Below the pieces are notes generated by a model. It did no database searches and was not told where the DNA came from. It saw nothing but the letters and a program-made list of their open reading frames with translations. From assembly GCA_046563655.1 (NCBI GenBank), contig JAJCTO010000011.1, positions 744,001 to 808,000 on the forward strand: DNA of 64,000 nucleotides. The letters are read 5' to 3'. The first letter of the stretch is position 1. Every line of letters starts with the position of its first letter. Positions 21,987-37,665 of the stretch are shown here, piece after piece. This stretch comes from Yuukianura sp. NJ FZ-2021 (Eukaryota). The position numbers and the translations under genes were made by a program.

Positions 21987-24900
21987 TCAGAAACCATCGT
22001 CAATTATAATTTCATCCAACCCTGGCTCTCCGCTTCCCGTTCCCGCCTCTTTACGCTGCTGAACACAGTGACGTACTGTCTGCAGAATCGTCTGCGTCCT
22101 CCTGTCCAAAGCAACGAGATGAGGTTCCAGTAAGATGGGATCCAAGGGGTCCTTGTTTAGTGATTTTCGCAAAGCCTCACTTAAGTGAACAGGTCCTTTG
22201 TGAAACCTGCAACAATGAATTATAATATTTAACTTAGGTATTTAACTCCAGCTTAACTTGTTACTAAAATTTCATGACAATGATTGCAAACCTTAGCAGT
22301 TTGTCCAAAGTAGACTTCCTGATGATACAGCACTGGTAGAGTGGGGCAAGAATAGACACTTCGTCATGTTTCGCTCGCCCAAATGCTCTTCCGTGATCCA
22401 AGTGAATTAAAAAAGTGTCGTTTCCATACATTTTAAAAGTTTCGTAATGATGTCTGTCCATGTTTCCCATCAAAAAATCAAGAATAGCCATATCCTGCAA
22501 ATTGAAATTCAGATATTGAAGGCCAATTTTTAGCACCTTGGATTTTTCCGTCTTAGGAAATCATCTTGTTCGATTCCTGTTTACATTAAAGCCTACATTC
22601 AATTAAAGTCTATCCTTCCTGTAAGAATTTGAATTACCACAATGTCGAGCAGTCTCCTGCCCCTGTCGTAAGGTGGAGTGGAGCGAATTATATCACAGTA
22701 GTCAGCATCTGCTTCCCACTGAGCCTTTCGTCGTTTGTGATATGATCGTCGCCAGGGATGCCTCCACACTTTCCTGGAAGCTGCCTCTGTAACAAATTCA
22801 AATTCAAACCATGAACACAGCGGAATTTGGTAGACCTTAAATTGCTCAAGTCACCTTTTGGAGGAAGGAAAGCAGCCAATGACCCCTCTAGCATATCCGG
22901 CTTCCCGCAAATGGCGTGTGAAGTGTCGCAGTAGTAGGAACACTTTCCGTGGAAGCAAATGTTTCCTGCGGGCGACACAAAGAACGTATGGAGCAGTTGA
23001 CCCTCCGCCAAGGGGTAAATTTCGGACGAAATATTCAGCAGACGACCAGAAACAGGGGGCGCACTGTACAAAAACCAACACAAATTTTGCAATTACTGCG
23101 ATATTTTAATTAGCTTGAAGCAAATCCAGTCTTGTGCGCACAAACAGCTTTTTTTTAAGTTACCGATAGAAACCGAGGACTCGGTCCAAGTGGAAGGCTG
23201 CAACTTCGGCATTATGGCGCTCAAAGTCGGTGAAGTAAAAGTGGTTTGGGAGCGTTTCCTGCTCTCGACCGAATCTGAAAACCAAAACGAAATTTCATTG
23301 TCTGACGAAGATTCATAAGTCATTTTTCTGATTCGAGTGATCATTTGTAAGGTTTGACCTCTGACCTCATGGGTTTGAACATGGCTTGTCCACTGGACTC
23401 GTAGTCCATGATCAGCTTCAACTGTGTCCCACCCTCCTTCTGTTCCAAATGCACAATTTCCTCAGTGGCCATGGCATGCAGTAAATCCTCTAGAATCCCA
23501 TCGCTCTCCTGGTACATGCTCTGCTTTCGAATGAGCAGTTGGAACTTTTCGAAGCTCGTCAGATTCGGCTTGGCGCTGTCAAAAGAAAAGACTCTTTAGC
23601 ATTTTTAGTGTGTCTCAAAATGCATACCATCGCCATCCATTAATCAACTGCTTCAATTCTAGGCACTAATACACTCATAGCAAGTGCGTCCACATTTCCA
23701 TGAAGTTCGTTGTTGAATGAATGCAACCTCATGTTCGAGCACGATTCGGAAGGTAGAAGACCCTGCATCAACAATTTCACTATGAATTTCTAGCGGAATG
23801 GTTAGTGTAAAAGACTGGAGTCTCTGTTCGAACTTGACGACACTTTCGGACGATACCGATAGACGGATGGACAGGTCAACGCCGTAGGTTTGGAGTCAAG
23901 TCCATTCTTCCATAAAAAAAAATGCTACTTTGAAAAATGACAAAAACGACAAGTGTTTTTCGCAATTTCCGACATTGGAAATTTCGGTCATCCGTAAAAA
24001 GCGATTGAAACCGTTTGTTGGACATTTCAAATCCCGCAAATTTCAGTCGTCCGAAATGACCGAAACTAAATTTAGCCTTAAGCTCGGCGTGGTAGATTAG
24101 AAAACCATGGAGGCGTGGCGTGGCCAAATACCGTTCACGACGAGGGCTCATAATTGTATTCGGTCAGATCATTCAGAACGAAATTCCCAAAAGTGACCGA
24201 AACTGGGAAAATTACTCTCTAACAATGGAAACACTCCTTACAGAAATGTTCCACAGTGTAACTTGTACCAGAAGTTGTCTTCCCTTTGTTTTGAAACCCT
24301 TGTTCCTGGAGCTCCAAAGTTACTACTGAACCGGTTTTCGGTTTTAATTAATTTCATTAGCGCAAACGCAGCTCATCTGTCTCCACTACTCCCAGAGAAA
24401 GATTCTTGTTAAAAGTGAATTCACTGTGCCCATCCACCAAAATGGGAGACAAGCCTGTACGCCTTTAGACCAAAAATCCATCTTCTGATTTTTGGCCAAC
24501 AACTGGGAAACGAAACTTTTCTAATCAAGCCACTGAAGAAAAAAAAAGGCAGAGGCGTCATAAATCCTCGTAGAAACGGGAAAAACTTTGCATGGAAAAA
24601 GAAGCCAAAGTTGGAGAAAGTCAAGATGACTCCCTAGCGTTTCAAATTCCCACTTTCTCTCTTCCCAGCGACTAGGAGCGGAAACTTTTAAATCAATTCA
24701 TAATCAAAACGACTCTGCAGAAACCAGATGGTGGATGATTTATGTTTCCTCCAGGCACCTTAAAACAGAGATTCGTTTTTCCAAATCGGCGCCACTCCCG
24801 AAATGGCAAATAAAGTGGCACCCTAAATGGAACTTTTCAAGTATAAGTTTGTACAATCGAGTTGAGTGGATTGCTCAACTTGAAGTAGCTTTGAAAGGCT

Positions 24901-25676
24901 TCCTCGCTCAAACATCATACAGGGATAAGTAGGAACTGAAAGTGCAGGAACACGGTGTCAATTTGGAGATTGGTTTTGACCGAATTTAAAAAAACTGGGG
25001 CATAGTGAGTATTAGTAATGAGCGCATTAGGGAATTAAACGGTTGCCTAGCAACAGCAGAGCAAACACTCACTTGGTGTCAATCTGGAGCATGTCGCCTA
25101 CACTTGGATTGTCCTTCTCAACACCATCCAGAATCACGTAGCCTTTCCCTTTCGGATCCAGCATGGCCTCCAAGTCTTCAAACACATCCACCTTCTCCAC
25201 CTCGTTCAATGTCAATCTAACAAAGATCATAATTATAAAATTTAAGTTCGATTAATGAATTTTATGAGTTACAAGTTCTTGAAATCTTTTTTCAACTAAA
25301 CTTACGGTTGACTGAAAATTTCTGAGAGGTTGTTGGGCGCAACATACTTGACTTTATCCTGCTTCACGTCAATTCCATCCGTTTCCCGCTCATTCCGAGT
25401 CCCCTCCAGGCCCAATCTAGCTCCATTCGTCAGTTTACTGTTTGCGTACTGATTCTCTGCTGTGTCTCCTCCCGGTCCGTGTGCCACCACATGCCCCACC
25501 TCCCCGCCAGCATCCTGAACTGCTGCCGGCGTACTGTCCGTGGGAAGTGTGTCAAAATCCGAAACTGGGCTGAGCTGTCCATTCCGAATTCGGTAGTGGA
25601 CGTCCAAGATGAGAAGAAGCGTGAGGCAAATGAGCGCACCCGACAGGGCCAGCCCCACGCGCTCTTTCCACTTCAT
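21987..25676 (-). CDS. FAM20C: FAM20C-like Golgi secretory-pathway kinase, multi-exon
   Basis: N-terminal signal anchor; [84 protein letters not shown] junctions checked for the first exons. Confidence 0.93.
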
Positions 25677-28600
25677 CTCCTACAGCCACTAGCACTCAGC
25701 ATCCTGCAATCAATCACAAATTCAATCTTCTAACTCAATTAATCCCTAATTTCACTTCTCATCTTTTTCATCGCTCTGGAGACTTTCGCCTTCAATTCAT
25801 TCCTGCCAATCACTTTCTAACAAAATCACATTATCCATTCCTTCCTCTTACTTCGACGCTTATTTCGCTCAACGTAACTTTTCTCTAATTTGACGTCAGT
25901 AAGACTTTTCGTTACGACAGAAGAAAAAATCTAGAATTTTAAAGGTGTGTTATCAAGCGCGCGATTTCAATTTTTGAAAAGACGTCAAGCGTCTGATTGG
26001 ACGCTTGAAACGTCGTTTTGGCAGGAAGCACAACAGATCCACTGGAAATGAAACTGCGACTGAAATGTAACCCATTGTGCCTATCTCCTCCAAATGACAC
26101 GATCACTCTCCCGGATCCAATCTCCATCAACATTTCAAACTTTCCCGCTTTCTCTTCCACTCCTCCAAAAGACATTCCTGACAGCTCAAATTATTTAGAA
26201 GACGAGGAGTGGTGACACGAACCCACTGTACTTTTAGGAAGTTACACAAAAGACATGCGACTAATTCGCACTGAATTAGTAATGGACTCACAATTAGTCC
26301 ACACGCAATCCAACCTCCTTTCTCCGGTCGTCGCCTTTTCTCTGAAAGTTTAACCTATATCACCAAAGTCTCTAATGCCCTCAATTTCGTGATTCCAAAT
26401 CCAAATCAACTCAGGCGACTGCGCAATGCTTAAGATTAGCAAATCTCACATCCGATTCAGGTTCAGCGCAAGCGTCGTGTGTGATGTAATTCAACGCGTG
26501 CGTCTGCACTCTACCAAAACCGAAATCACTTAATCGTACAAAACTTAAAAAACTTTGAGGCTTTTGTACTATGAGTTCTCAAAGGACAAGAAAGGGGCGG
26601 CCTAATCCCTTAATTACGTGCTCTCTTGTTCAAAGGACGTTTTTCAATTTACTCTGTTCATCCATGTGCTCTTCAAATTCACTTTCATGTGAACAAAGTT
26701 GCTGGAACTGGAGGAGAAAGCACAATGTTACGCAGCAGTTCTTTGCTTTCCTCGAATCCAATTTCGCCGACAACCCAAGGTTTACAGGGAATTCTTCTAC
26801 GCAAAATCAAGTGTTTCTCACCACCACTTATGAGCAGAATCAGATGGAATTCGCATTCACCACAAATTAGTATGACAACTGTTGGCTCTCAGGAGGAGAC
26901 AGACACTGGACGAACTGACAGAAAAACTACTTGTGCTGAAAACATAAGATGTGAATTGAGGAGTGTAGAAGTGGGAGGAAGCCTCAACAGCCTAAATACG
27001 ACTGAGATATTTGAAATATAAATGTAGTTTTGCCAAATGCAGCGGAGCCAAGAAGCGGATGATCCCAGTATCTGTATCCCACAGGACTAAAGATCACAGA
27101 AGCCTATCAAAAGTATTGAGATGTCTCTGGAGAGTAGCAGCTATTTATGGCTTCACCCACAAACACGATCTGCACAACCCAATTCAGCACTCTAAACACA
27201 TTAAACACATTTCCAGTTCCTCATTTCAACTTTGTTCAAGCCACAAACCCATCATATTTCAGACTTTAAAAAATATATTAATATAAAATAGTAAAAAATT
27301 TACTTTCTAATATCTTTCCTTTATTTAACAACACTTACACCCAGAAAATGTGGGTTAGGGTTAGTAAAAAATTAATAAATTAGTGATGAAAAACGGCAAG
27401 AGTTGAGTAAATGAAAACAGTTGATAGGAAAAGAGCGAATTACTCATAAGAAGATTTGGTGCCTCGAAGTTATAGCCAAATTGCCAAGTCTCCGACGTAT
27501 CTTTCACTGTCCACGAAAATCCAAGGTGACGACAAACGGATCGTTGACAACTAAAAGGATTTTAAAAGAAGCTGACGTGTGGGTCGTTGGTTGAAGGTTA
27601 GGTTGTATTATAGGATAACAGCAGAGGAAAGTTTCCAAGTGAGCAGTCAGCACAAAAATTGGTTGATTTGCAAAAATAAAATGTTGATGGGAATGAATGA
27701 GTTTAAAGGCGAATGAGTGCCATGGTCTCTGCGTTTCCAAATCCCGCAAGGCCCCGCGGATGAGCTAAGCATCCAACCAAATCCCAATTCTCCTTCCACT
27801 ACTACCGTATTTCCTTCCTAATAATGCGCACAGTATCCTAGAAGAGTTTACCAATTTTAGAAAAACAATGTTTCGCCTGAAAACCGAATTATTTTGTTAA
27901 TAAATCACGTAATATGAATTATTTGAAAACGTCATAAACTTCTCTAAACTGTTTTAATCTACTAATTATCAATTCATCAAATCCGTCAAATAAATCACAA
28001 ATCTAAACCAAATTGAAAGCAGATTTCGCTTCATGAAATTCCATCATTTGGTAGCAGGAGATTTGGTTACCACATTCATTTGTCAATGCTTTTAGGTGGG
28101 GTGGGTCTAAAAATTCCGAAAATTGACAGTCGAGTGCTACGGAATTGGTTCAGAATTTTAAATCAAGTGAATTGCTAATGGTTTCACAAGCGAACGTAAG
28201 TTTAAAAAGAAAGTTTAATAAATTTAACCGTTAAAAAAAAGGAAAAAGTTGAAATTGCATTTAAATATTGCATTCTTAACATAAACTTTAGCTATTCGCA
28301 TGATTTCATATTGGAGTGATTTCATATTGATGGGAGGAGATTGCATATTTTACGAGTATGCTCAGCATAGGCGAGGAAATACGGTAATAATCTCCTTAAA
28401 ACCACTTTTCCTCTTTTCGCATTATTTTGCACGATTGCAGAAAGGAAGGTGGGGAGGCAGGGCGAGGTCGTTCACACTTTGCCAACAAAGTCTTTGCTAA
28501 AAACCAAGGTCCAGCAACACAAACTTTGGCACAAGGGATAACACTAATCGACTCTAACTTAAACCCTGGACTTCTCTCTGTCAAACTCTACAAAATTCAA

Positions 28601-31600
28601 ATCAAACACTTTGCCTAGTTCAGCAGAACAAAAACGAAAAGAGATAAAAACAATCGACCTAATTGATCCAAACATCCTCCACCATCCAGCAGAATCTCCA
28701 TTTTCAAAAGTTCCACGTCAAGAGATTTTTCCAAAGATACAAATCAAGAGCATAAACCAATCTTAGCTTGTCTTTCCAAAAATGTTTCAAATTGGCAAAG
28801 GCCGTGTCAAATTCCTTGAGAACATCTGAGCAGAACTTTTCTCAATTTTGCCAAAAAAAAAAAGACGAGGAGGAAGGTTGGCTCCTGCGAGGCCACTGTG
28901 CAACGAATTTATGGGTTTGGGAAAATCATTTAGCAGAGAGGAAGATGTCAAATATAAACGGAATTCGCCAATTCCTTGATCGCAAAATTCCCATCATTCC
29001 AATTTCCTTCCACATTCGAACTCTGTGTTTCCCATACCAACTTCCTCCTTAAACCCAATCAAAAATTCCATCCTCGACTTGAGCAAAGAGGCGCCAAATT
29101 CAAAGAAATTAGATTCCGCTGGAAATTGAGAACGGCACGATTCGTTTTTCTACATGAGCATTATGCTCAGGCGCAAGGCTCTCTAACGTGCCCTGAAATC
29201 CCAAGTGACTTCAAAAACCATCAAAAATTGCTCATCTCATCCTACTGCCGAAAAATTTTCAAAAAAAAAATTCTGCCTGATTTTTCAGTTTGAAGTGACA
29301 TTTCCTAGGATGACTGACTTTTCAAAGCACACAATGTACAGTAGTCCAGTTAAGTACTTGGTTGTTATTGCAAAAAATGAGACACGGAGATGTCCGATTC
29401 CTTGACACATTCGGGAAGACAAATACTAAAAAGCTTTTTACCTGTTTCTATGCTATTTTTTTTTTCATTTTCATAGACGTGGACTTGTGGTGGGATAGTG
29501 CGGTGTGACAATGAAGTGAGGGACTTAAGGCGTGAAAGTGGCAGTTGACAAATGCTGCTCAGAGTCAACAAGAGCGTCTTCGTAAATGAACTTTCACTTG
29601 GAGGTGTTTCCTCCGAGGACTACAATTGGAGAATGATAAATTGGATGCTAGGCACGCCGGACGAAGCCTTCGGTTTCCTTTCACCAAGTCGCTTCGTGAC
29701 CTCTCACGCCAAATGTCAAAAGTCAACTGACGAATAGCAAAAGTCCGAAATATCGAAAATTTGCGACACCAAAAAGCGACTTCCTGTAGAAGCAGAGGGT
29801 GGACAGTTTGGAGCAGACTAAACTAGAAACTAATCGTAGCGAATTCAACCTCTCGAACAAAGTAATCCGACAGAACTGCCTCACTTCCGCTGATTCCCAC
29901 TCATTCAGAGTGCAGCGAAAGTGGAAAGGAGGTGACCTTGGCTCGAATCTTTGTCCTCACAATCACAATCACAAAACAGCCAAATTACTGCAAATCACAT
30001 TAAGTGGTACACTGTGATGTGTTTTGACTATAGAACATGTGGCAAATCAAAGACACATACAGATTATGTAGGATTATGATTACAACTCTGTAATTCTTCC
30101 ACTCACCTCCAAAAATGACTTTACCAAAGTAATCTCAAATTTGTCATCGAATTCACTGAAACTGCAATTTGCACTGGACATGCGCAGAAACCAATCAAGA
30201 CTCTTCTACAACCAGAGTATTTGTAGTAGCAAATTGACGGAAAATGAATGATGAAGTTGAGCGACACTTACTACACCACTACAAATGGTTCACTGCCAAG
30301 TTCATAACTGAGGACGTGGAATGGCCAATTGTGCCGCTAGTACAAGATAGTGTTCTTGATCTCCCTCACCGTCCTGTTCCTCCTCCTCATCGCAAAACCA
30401 TTGTTCTTATTCTGACAAGCATGCACTACCTTCAAATGAAGTTGGCAAAACAATGGAGCCCTTCCAGGAAGAACGCAAACAATAACATCACCAGCTCAAC
30501 CCCCACAGTTCACTAACACCGCTAACATTCTTCCTCAACCTCAAAACCTTTCCAACACTTTCTTAAACGACTGATTTCCCATTTAAAAAGAATCTTTAAA
30601 AGAATCATGTTCCGAATAACTTCTGAATCTTAACAACATCCAACAAAATCAACAACTCTAAAAATTTAACTTTTGTTTGAGAGTTGGGCTCATGCTCTTG
30701 TCATGCTAAATTACTTCACACATGGACGCTAAATCTATAGCAGATACTTTTTAATCCCCTCGTCGAAATCAAATGGACAACGTAGCTACCATGTCATAAG
30801 GGAGATTCAAGAGAAGATGGACAAAGTATCCCCATATTCATATCTGAATCTGAAGAAGAAGCAGAAAGAGTTGTAGTAACCCATCGTACAAGGTCGCTCC
30901 GACCACAAATCGCAAAAACTGAATGTTCCCACGAATCCAATACACATCATAAAACCATGTAGATCTGTCCCAGAAACCAGTGAAACATGGGGCCAGTGGG
31001 ACAGGGGATTCTCAAGTATTGTGTACAGACGCAGTGATGCTGTGTATTCCTCCAAATGAACACATTAGGTTGTTCCCTGTTTCTTCTTCAAGTTGGAAAA
31101 TTGGTCGTGAGAAGAGTTGGCTCAAACAGGATTTGAGGATTTGACCCCAACTGACCTGGACTCAAACCAGAAAGGAATGAGGGATTCCTACAAAAAAAGA
31201 AGAAGGAAGCAACGACCGGAGATTGCGGACTCTGCCATGCTCTCCACGTGCTAATTGCCATCACTCTCTCGTCGTGGTTGCTCACATCACATAGTATCCC
31301 AGTCTGTCGACGCATCCGACCGAGAACCAGAGCCTAATAATCCAATCCAAACAATCAGAGTTCATCACTTAGAACACACTTTACTCCACTCGTCACTCGT
31401 GCGGAATACACATTTCCAATCCAACAACACATTCTTATTCTTTCGACGAAAAGGAAAATTATCCCGTCTTCTCTTGCGTTGCAATTTTTCCAAAACCTAA
31501 TCTCCCAAAAGTAGCACATCCACACTACACAACTCCAAAATCATTAACCTTTGATTTTCGATTAAAAAAAGAGGATTGTTTTCGCAAAAATTCTGCTCAA

Positions 31601-34600
31601 AGGTCTACTGCTTTCCCGTTAAATACTTTTAAAACTAAATTAATTGATTTTCAAAATAATAAACACTAAAAAACAGCAACCATGAAAACCGGTGCTTCTT
31701 TCTTTTGCTTAAGTTTGACCTCTGTTTTTGCTTTAAAGTACCACTGCATAACCTATACACTGCATACAGAATAAGAAGGAAACGGACAGACAGACAGACT
31801 GCGCGTAAAACCATAATGTGGCTTATTTTAAATAGGGTTAGTGAAATGCATTCAAACTTCTAAAAAATAACGAGGCGAGATTCACAACTTGTGAAGGTCA
31901 AGAAAACAAGTGATAAATCCATTGTCAATTTTAGCACTCTGGTAAAGATTTTTTTTCCGCGAGTATTCTGCACAAAGACAAGGATGAAGAGTGTATTGTT
32001 ACTTTGTCATGCAAACGAAAGTGTTAAGCCATCCCGCACCGACTTCCGCTTCCTTCGACCTGTCTTTGTTTAAACAATGCAATCAAAAATTTGTAACAAT
32101 GAGATGGAAATTTTCAACTTGAGTTAAATCGATTGAAGTGCACGACTTTCCACACAAACAAGAGATGACGAGGACGACAGAGCAAACGAAACGACTGCAA
32201 GTAAAAATGAGTGTTGTCAAAAGCAAACAAATGGATGACATTGCAGTAGTGTGTCATTGTGTCCTTGTCAAATGCCGCTTTAATCAAAAATCTGGAACAT
32301 TTCTAGTCAGAAACCGAGAGGTTTCCAATAATTCGCCACATGACAAATTGACAAACGCGTTCCATTGTTCCATACAAATTCAAAGACCAGCATAATCTCA
32401 AGTGGGGACAAAGCAAGCGACCACAAAACCGCCGGTGAAAACGTAATAAATAACGATTGTGGCCTCCCCATGCCACTCTCAGAACACGACAGCAGAGACT
32501 CCTAGTCATTAAACCAGTTAATGAAAGCCCTTCATTTGCTTGGTCCGGGTGCCTACAAGAATCTTTAATTGACTTCACAACTCTCAAACTGTAACTCTCA
32601 TCCTGAAAACATACAAGTCCCACCCTAAAACACAGAAGTCGGTTCGGAAGATAATTGCACTAATTGACATTCGGCATTGTCAAACCAAACCACAACCTAA
32701 TCTGTAGCACACGACTTGGGAAATAATGAGTTCCCTGAGTTGGCATCCGGCATTACAATCACGCCGCCATTTTAAGTTGAACGTTAAAACTAATCAAAAT
32801 GACCTGATCAGTGCGCAGTCGCATCAGGGCTTCATTCACCTCTGAACGTATAGGTTTACAAAATATGATACCCAGCAACTGTATCATGCAAGTTCAGCAG
32901 TACTGGGACTGCAATGATATTGAATTCGCTTCAGACTTTCTCATGCTGAAGAAAACTCCACAGCTTTTCTCCGTCTTTTGAAACGAATTGAATCCGCCTC
33001 CTGACCAGCGTCCACCTTTGTAAAACCGAAACCGACGTGTGTCTGTGATCTACTTTGTGTGTTCCCTCTTTCAAGGAAGTAATGGACTCGAAACTCTCGA
33101 GTTCTGGAGATGTCGATGTCATCTCTTCCTTTTTACTTTGATGTCTAATGACAGTTCCTTTTACAAAAGAAATGCTCTCATCTCATTCTCTCTCATCCGA
33201 CCTCGTCAACCAATAACCGACATCAAGCTCTCCTCTTCTGAAGTATATTAATGCTGACTAACCTTATTATTTACAATACTATGCTTCTAATAATTCACTG
33301 TCACAAAGTATCCTTATTGTTGACCGGCCGTAGTCTGATTGACCTTCGGTGGAAGTCACCAATTACTTAAACTCAATACTTAAACAACAATTACAAGTTT
33401 TCTGAGTTCCGGAGAAATTTTGAACTTAGTACGCCAAGAAAGAGATTACGGATTATACAGTTTTAGTGATTGAAAGTTGCAAGTTACCTTCCATTTGGAG
33501 AATTTGGCTGGAACGAAGTGTGTTGAGTAGGTCAAAGGGCAGTTGCTGTGTCGAATACGTGGAAGTAGCGAGTGTGACTGGCTACTGAAACACTGTTGTT
33601 CACTAAATGACGAGACGACGGAAACGTAGTTTATCTGGCGGTGTGTTGTTTGCGACTGACCGCCCGTGTCATCTCTCCTCTCTTCTGCTCCACTCAACCC
33701 ATCTGCTGAGTTGAGCCATGAGCCAGGGAGTTGAGCAGAGACGACGAGAGTACCTCCACTTTCTAGTTCCATGTTACTTTCACTACGGAACGCTACCAAA
33801 GTGAAAGCACAAAAATTCAATAAGCTCTCCTGCAAATGACATGCAAAGGTTCAACTGATTTAAACGAAAATAAGTGTTCAGTTTTTCTGCGGGTTAGAAA
33901 CGTCTCTGACCAAGAAAAAAATATTCATGGGTTTGCTTGGCACAACGTCTTTGTTAATTGAAGGAATTTTCGTTTTGTGAATTGCAATTTGCAAGTTTGG
34001 ATGAGATTCAACCGTTTCCGGAAAGTCTGGAGGGGAAAAGTTTTTTTTTACCCAAAGATACCCAAAGCGTTGCTTTTTTGCCTTAAAAATTTTCTAAAGT
34101 CCAGAAAACGAAGTGACCGAGCAATCCAGACCTGTAAAAAATGACGCCTGTTTGTCACCTTCATGCGGGAAGTATTTTGTTACGGTGTGTATTAACCTAA
34201 GTCAGAGAGTAACCTAAAAAAAAGTGGGGAAATGTTCGAAATGACCTCCAAGATTTTGCGTCTAACAATTTTTGAGTCAAAAACACGCCTGAAGTTTTCA
34301 CTATTTGGGCAAAATTGGAGCTTTAGCAATGATTATTTAGAAGCTTTGCATGCGCATATGATTGAATGCGTACCTACATCGCTACATCCTATCAGTGTAC
34401 AAAGGTTACGATATTCCAGTTATTCCATTCACTAAAGATGACAGCAAATTGACGGTAATGTTAACCTTGGTAGTATCAACTACGGCTTGTTACGGAGACT
34501 TTATTAAGTCATGTCCACAGCAGTCAACGTCTACACAAAACTCATTTCGTTCACACTTGCGGCGTCCGACGATTGGCAAGTCCCATCACATCCATATCTG

Positions 34601-34665
34601 GTTTTCAGAGCTTTAGTGGAGACCGATTGATTACCAAACATAACATGGGATGACACAGACACAAC

Positions 34666-34878
34666 GCGAATTACGCTCGTCGTAACCACAAAGTTTAACC
34701 GTCGACGCCATATTTATAACCACCATATGGATACAATGCATGGCTAAAACGAATGTACCCTAATAAATACGTTCCAAACTTTACGTGTAAACATCGACGT
34801 CTTATTGGTAATCAAATCACCTCGACCTTAGTACAATGAGTGGAAATACACTTTGTGGTTACGACTGGTGCAATTCGC
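34666..34878. mobile_element. Small MITE just upstream of USP39
   Basis: GCGAATT...GTCGTAACCACAAAGT ... ACTTTGTGGTTACGAC...AATTCGC inverted pair. Confidence 0.65.
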
Positions 34879-34992
34879 CCAGACTCCAACCGGACGAGCG
34901 AGTTTACATTTACCTACTAGTACATACATCGTCGTGTTTGTCGACTTCTAAATAACCGGAGATTAATTAGATAAGCTGTTCATTTGTTGACC

Positions 34993-37083
34993 ATGTCGGA
35001 CAGTGACGATAACTTGCCCAGGAAGAAGCTCAAATTGGACCCAAATACACCCGACGATGACGGTGCACTGGACTTGGAAGATTCACAGCCCAAACTCGGA
35101 TTCAAACCACGTAAGTAAACCCAACTGATGTCCTTGTAAATTACTTAGACGTAAACATTGAATCAAGAAAGACCAAAAGGAATGGGCTTTACTGATTCTA
35201 TTGTTTGATATAGCAGTATCGTTGTGTAGGTAAGGGTGGATGTCTTACCGGCGCATTATAACGAAAATTCGGTTTGATACTTTCGTCCTGTCTTGGATTT
35301 GAACATATGACTTAAAAATACATTCGGAATTGATAAGACGATTATGTACATTTACAGGTCAATGCCCCTACTTGGATACGATTGACAGAAGCGTACTGGA
35401 TTTTGACTTTGAGAAGCTATGCTCTGTCTCCCTTTCTCGGATCAACGTTTACGCTTGCCTTGTTTGTGGCAAGTACTTCCAGGGCCGGGGAATTTCGACG
35501 CATGCCCATACACATAGCGTAGCGGATTTTCATCATGTCTATCTTAATTTGCACACTCTCAAATTCTACTGTTTACCAGATAACTACGAGATCATAGGTA
35601 TAAGATAAGATGGGTTGGCACTTTAACTCAATCTATTACCAGAAGAACGAATTTATGTTAATCTACGCTATTTTTACACCGATTTAGACTCCTCGTTGGA
35701 TGACATTAAATACGTCGTTAATCCAATTTTTACTAAGAACTACATCAGTGCGTTGGATTCAACGGCGAAGGTAAGCATCAACGGATTACCCTAGAATTGC
35801 TCTTAACTAACTGTTGATTCGTATGCTGAATTGAATCTCTGAATTTTTAGGAATCACGGGCAATTGATGGATCCATGTATTTGCCTGGTGTGGTCGGTCT
35901 GAACAACATAAAGGCCAACGATTATTGCAACGTTATTCTCCAGGCCTTGTGTCACGTGAAACCACTTAGGGACTATTTTCTCAGAGAGGAGAGTTACTCT
36001 GGTGTCAAGCGACCTCCGGGAGAAAACAGGTAGGTCACAACATTACAGTTTATTCATTTGATTTTAAAGTATCCATTGATTCGAAGAAGTGCTGCGTTTG
36101 TGGTACTACGGCTAATATTGAACGTATGATCTTCTTAGCTTCCTACTTGTTCAGCGCTTCGGTGAGTTGATGCGAAAGCTATGGAATCCCCGGAACTTCA
36201 AAGTTCACGTGAGTCCACATGAAATGCTACAAGCAGTGGTACTTTGCTCCAAGAAGCAATTCCAAATTACAGCCCAAGGAGACCCAATCACGTTCCTCAG
36301 CTGGCTTCTCAACGCACTTCACAAGGCTCTCAATGGGAACAAGTACGTTTAATTCATCAGCCATTCTCACACTTTCCGTTCTAAAGTTTACTCAAAGGTT
36401 TACACTACTTTCTTAGAAACCCAAAGAGCAGCATCATCTACAAGACATTTCTGGGCAAAATGAAAGTGTTTACGCGGCGAATTGAAAAGGACAAGGCAGA
36501 GGAGGAGGAGCAAGTGGAAGAAACGTCTTTTCTGTATTTAACATGCGACCTTCCCCCAACTCCGCTTTTCAAGAACGAAATGATGGAGAACATCATCCCA
36601 CAAGTTAGCTAATCGAATACAGTTATCTAATTCCACTTACTTGCTTTAAACGTTTTTGTTTGACTTCAGGTAAACCTGTACACTCTCCTCGGAAAATTCA
36701 ACGGAAATGAGGCAAAGGAGTACAACACTTACAAGGAAAACTTTTTGAAGCGTTTCCAAGTGACATCGCTTCCTCCGTTCCTCATCCTGTACATCCGTCG
36801 CTTCACGAAGAATACGTTCTTCATTGAGAAGAATCCCACCATCGTCAACTTCCCAGTGCTCTCCGTGGACTTTGGAGAAGCTTTCGGACTTCCGTCTGCG
36901 CCCTACGACCTCATCGCCAATGTCGTCCATGAGGGGCAGCCCAAGCGAGGGACTTGGCGCATGCAGATGTATCATCATGCCAATTCTACTTGGTACGAAC
37001 TGCAGGATTTGCATGTCAAAGAAATCCTGCCTCAGATGCTAACCCTCACCGAACCCTATATTCAGATCTATCAGAGAAAATAA
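34993..37083 (+). CDS. USP39: U4/U6.U5 tri-snRNP-associated protein 2 (USP39/Sad1), multi-exon
   Basis: CPYLDTIDRSVLDFDFEKLCSVSLS, VYACLVCGKYFQGRG, GLNNIKANDY, RKLWNPRNFKVHVSPHE, EKNPTIVNFP, YDLIANVVH. Confidence 0.96.
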
Positions 37084-37665
37084 CCTAATAACTGCAGTTG
37101 AATAAAGTGTTTCATATTTTAAAAGTTCGGAAAAATGAAAGGATTTGATTTAACCGACCGCTCCTTATGATGGGATATTTTTTTGGATCTTGATTAAGAC
37201 TGCATTGACATATTTTTGATGCCGCAGTCTTTTACAATCGGCATTGGAGTGCGGTGCCACGATATTTAGTGGTAACAACAAGTGTCGTTACGCTTACGTC
37301 AACCAACTCATCATACTATCCTTGGTTTTCAATTTCACTTTCAGTTTTTAATTAAAAGGGAAAGCAAGGAACAGTTTAAAGTGTAATGTATAAATGAATC
37401 AGGACTGGATACTGGATTATTCTTGATCCTTAACCTACTGTTGCTGGAAGAAACGAATTCAATTATTGTTTGGTAAGAAGTGAGTGACACCTAACTCAAT
37501 TTCACGTTATGTCTAATTATGAATTTCCTTAGCAATTAATTTAGAAGACGACTTGAGACGAGGAACGATGGCGACGGGACCCTGAATAAGGGTCACATCA
37601 CCAGAATAATCACGCTAATGTACTTTTATTTCGTGTATTGCAGAACACTGGAGGCTTCCCCAACT

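Noticed and set aside
26000..34600. Many 60-130 aa ORFs
   Set aside because: No motifs or consistent exon structure; expected by chance.
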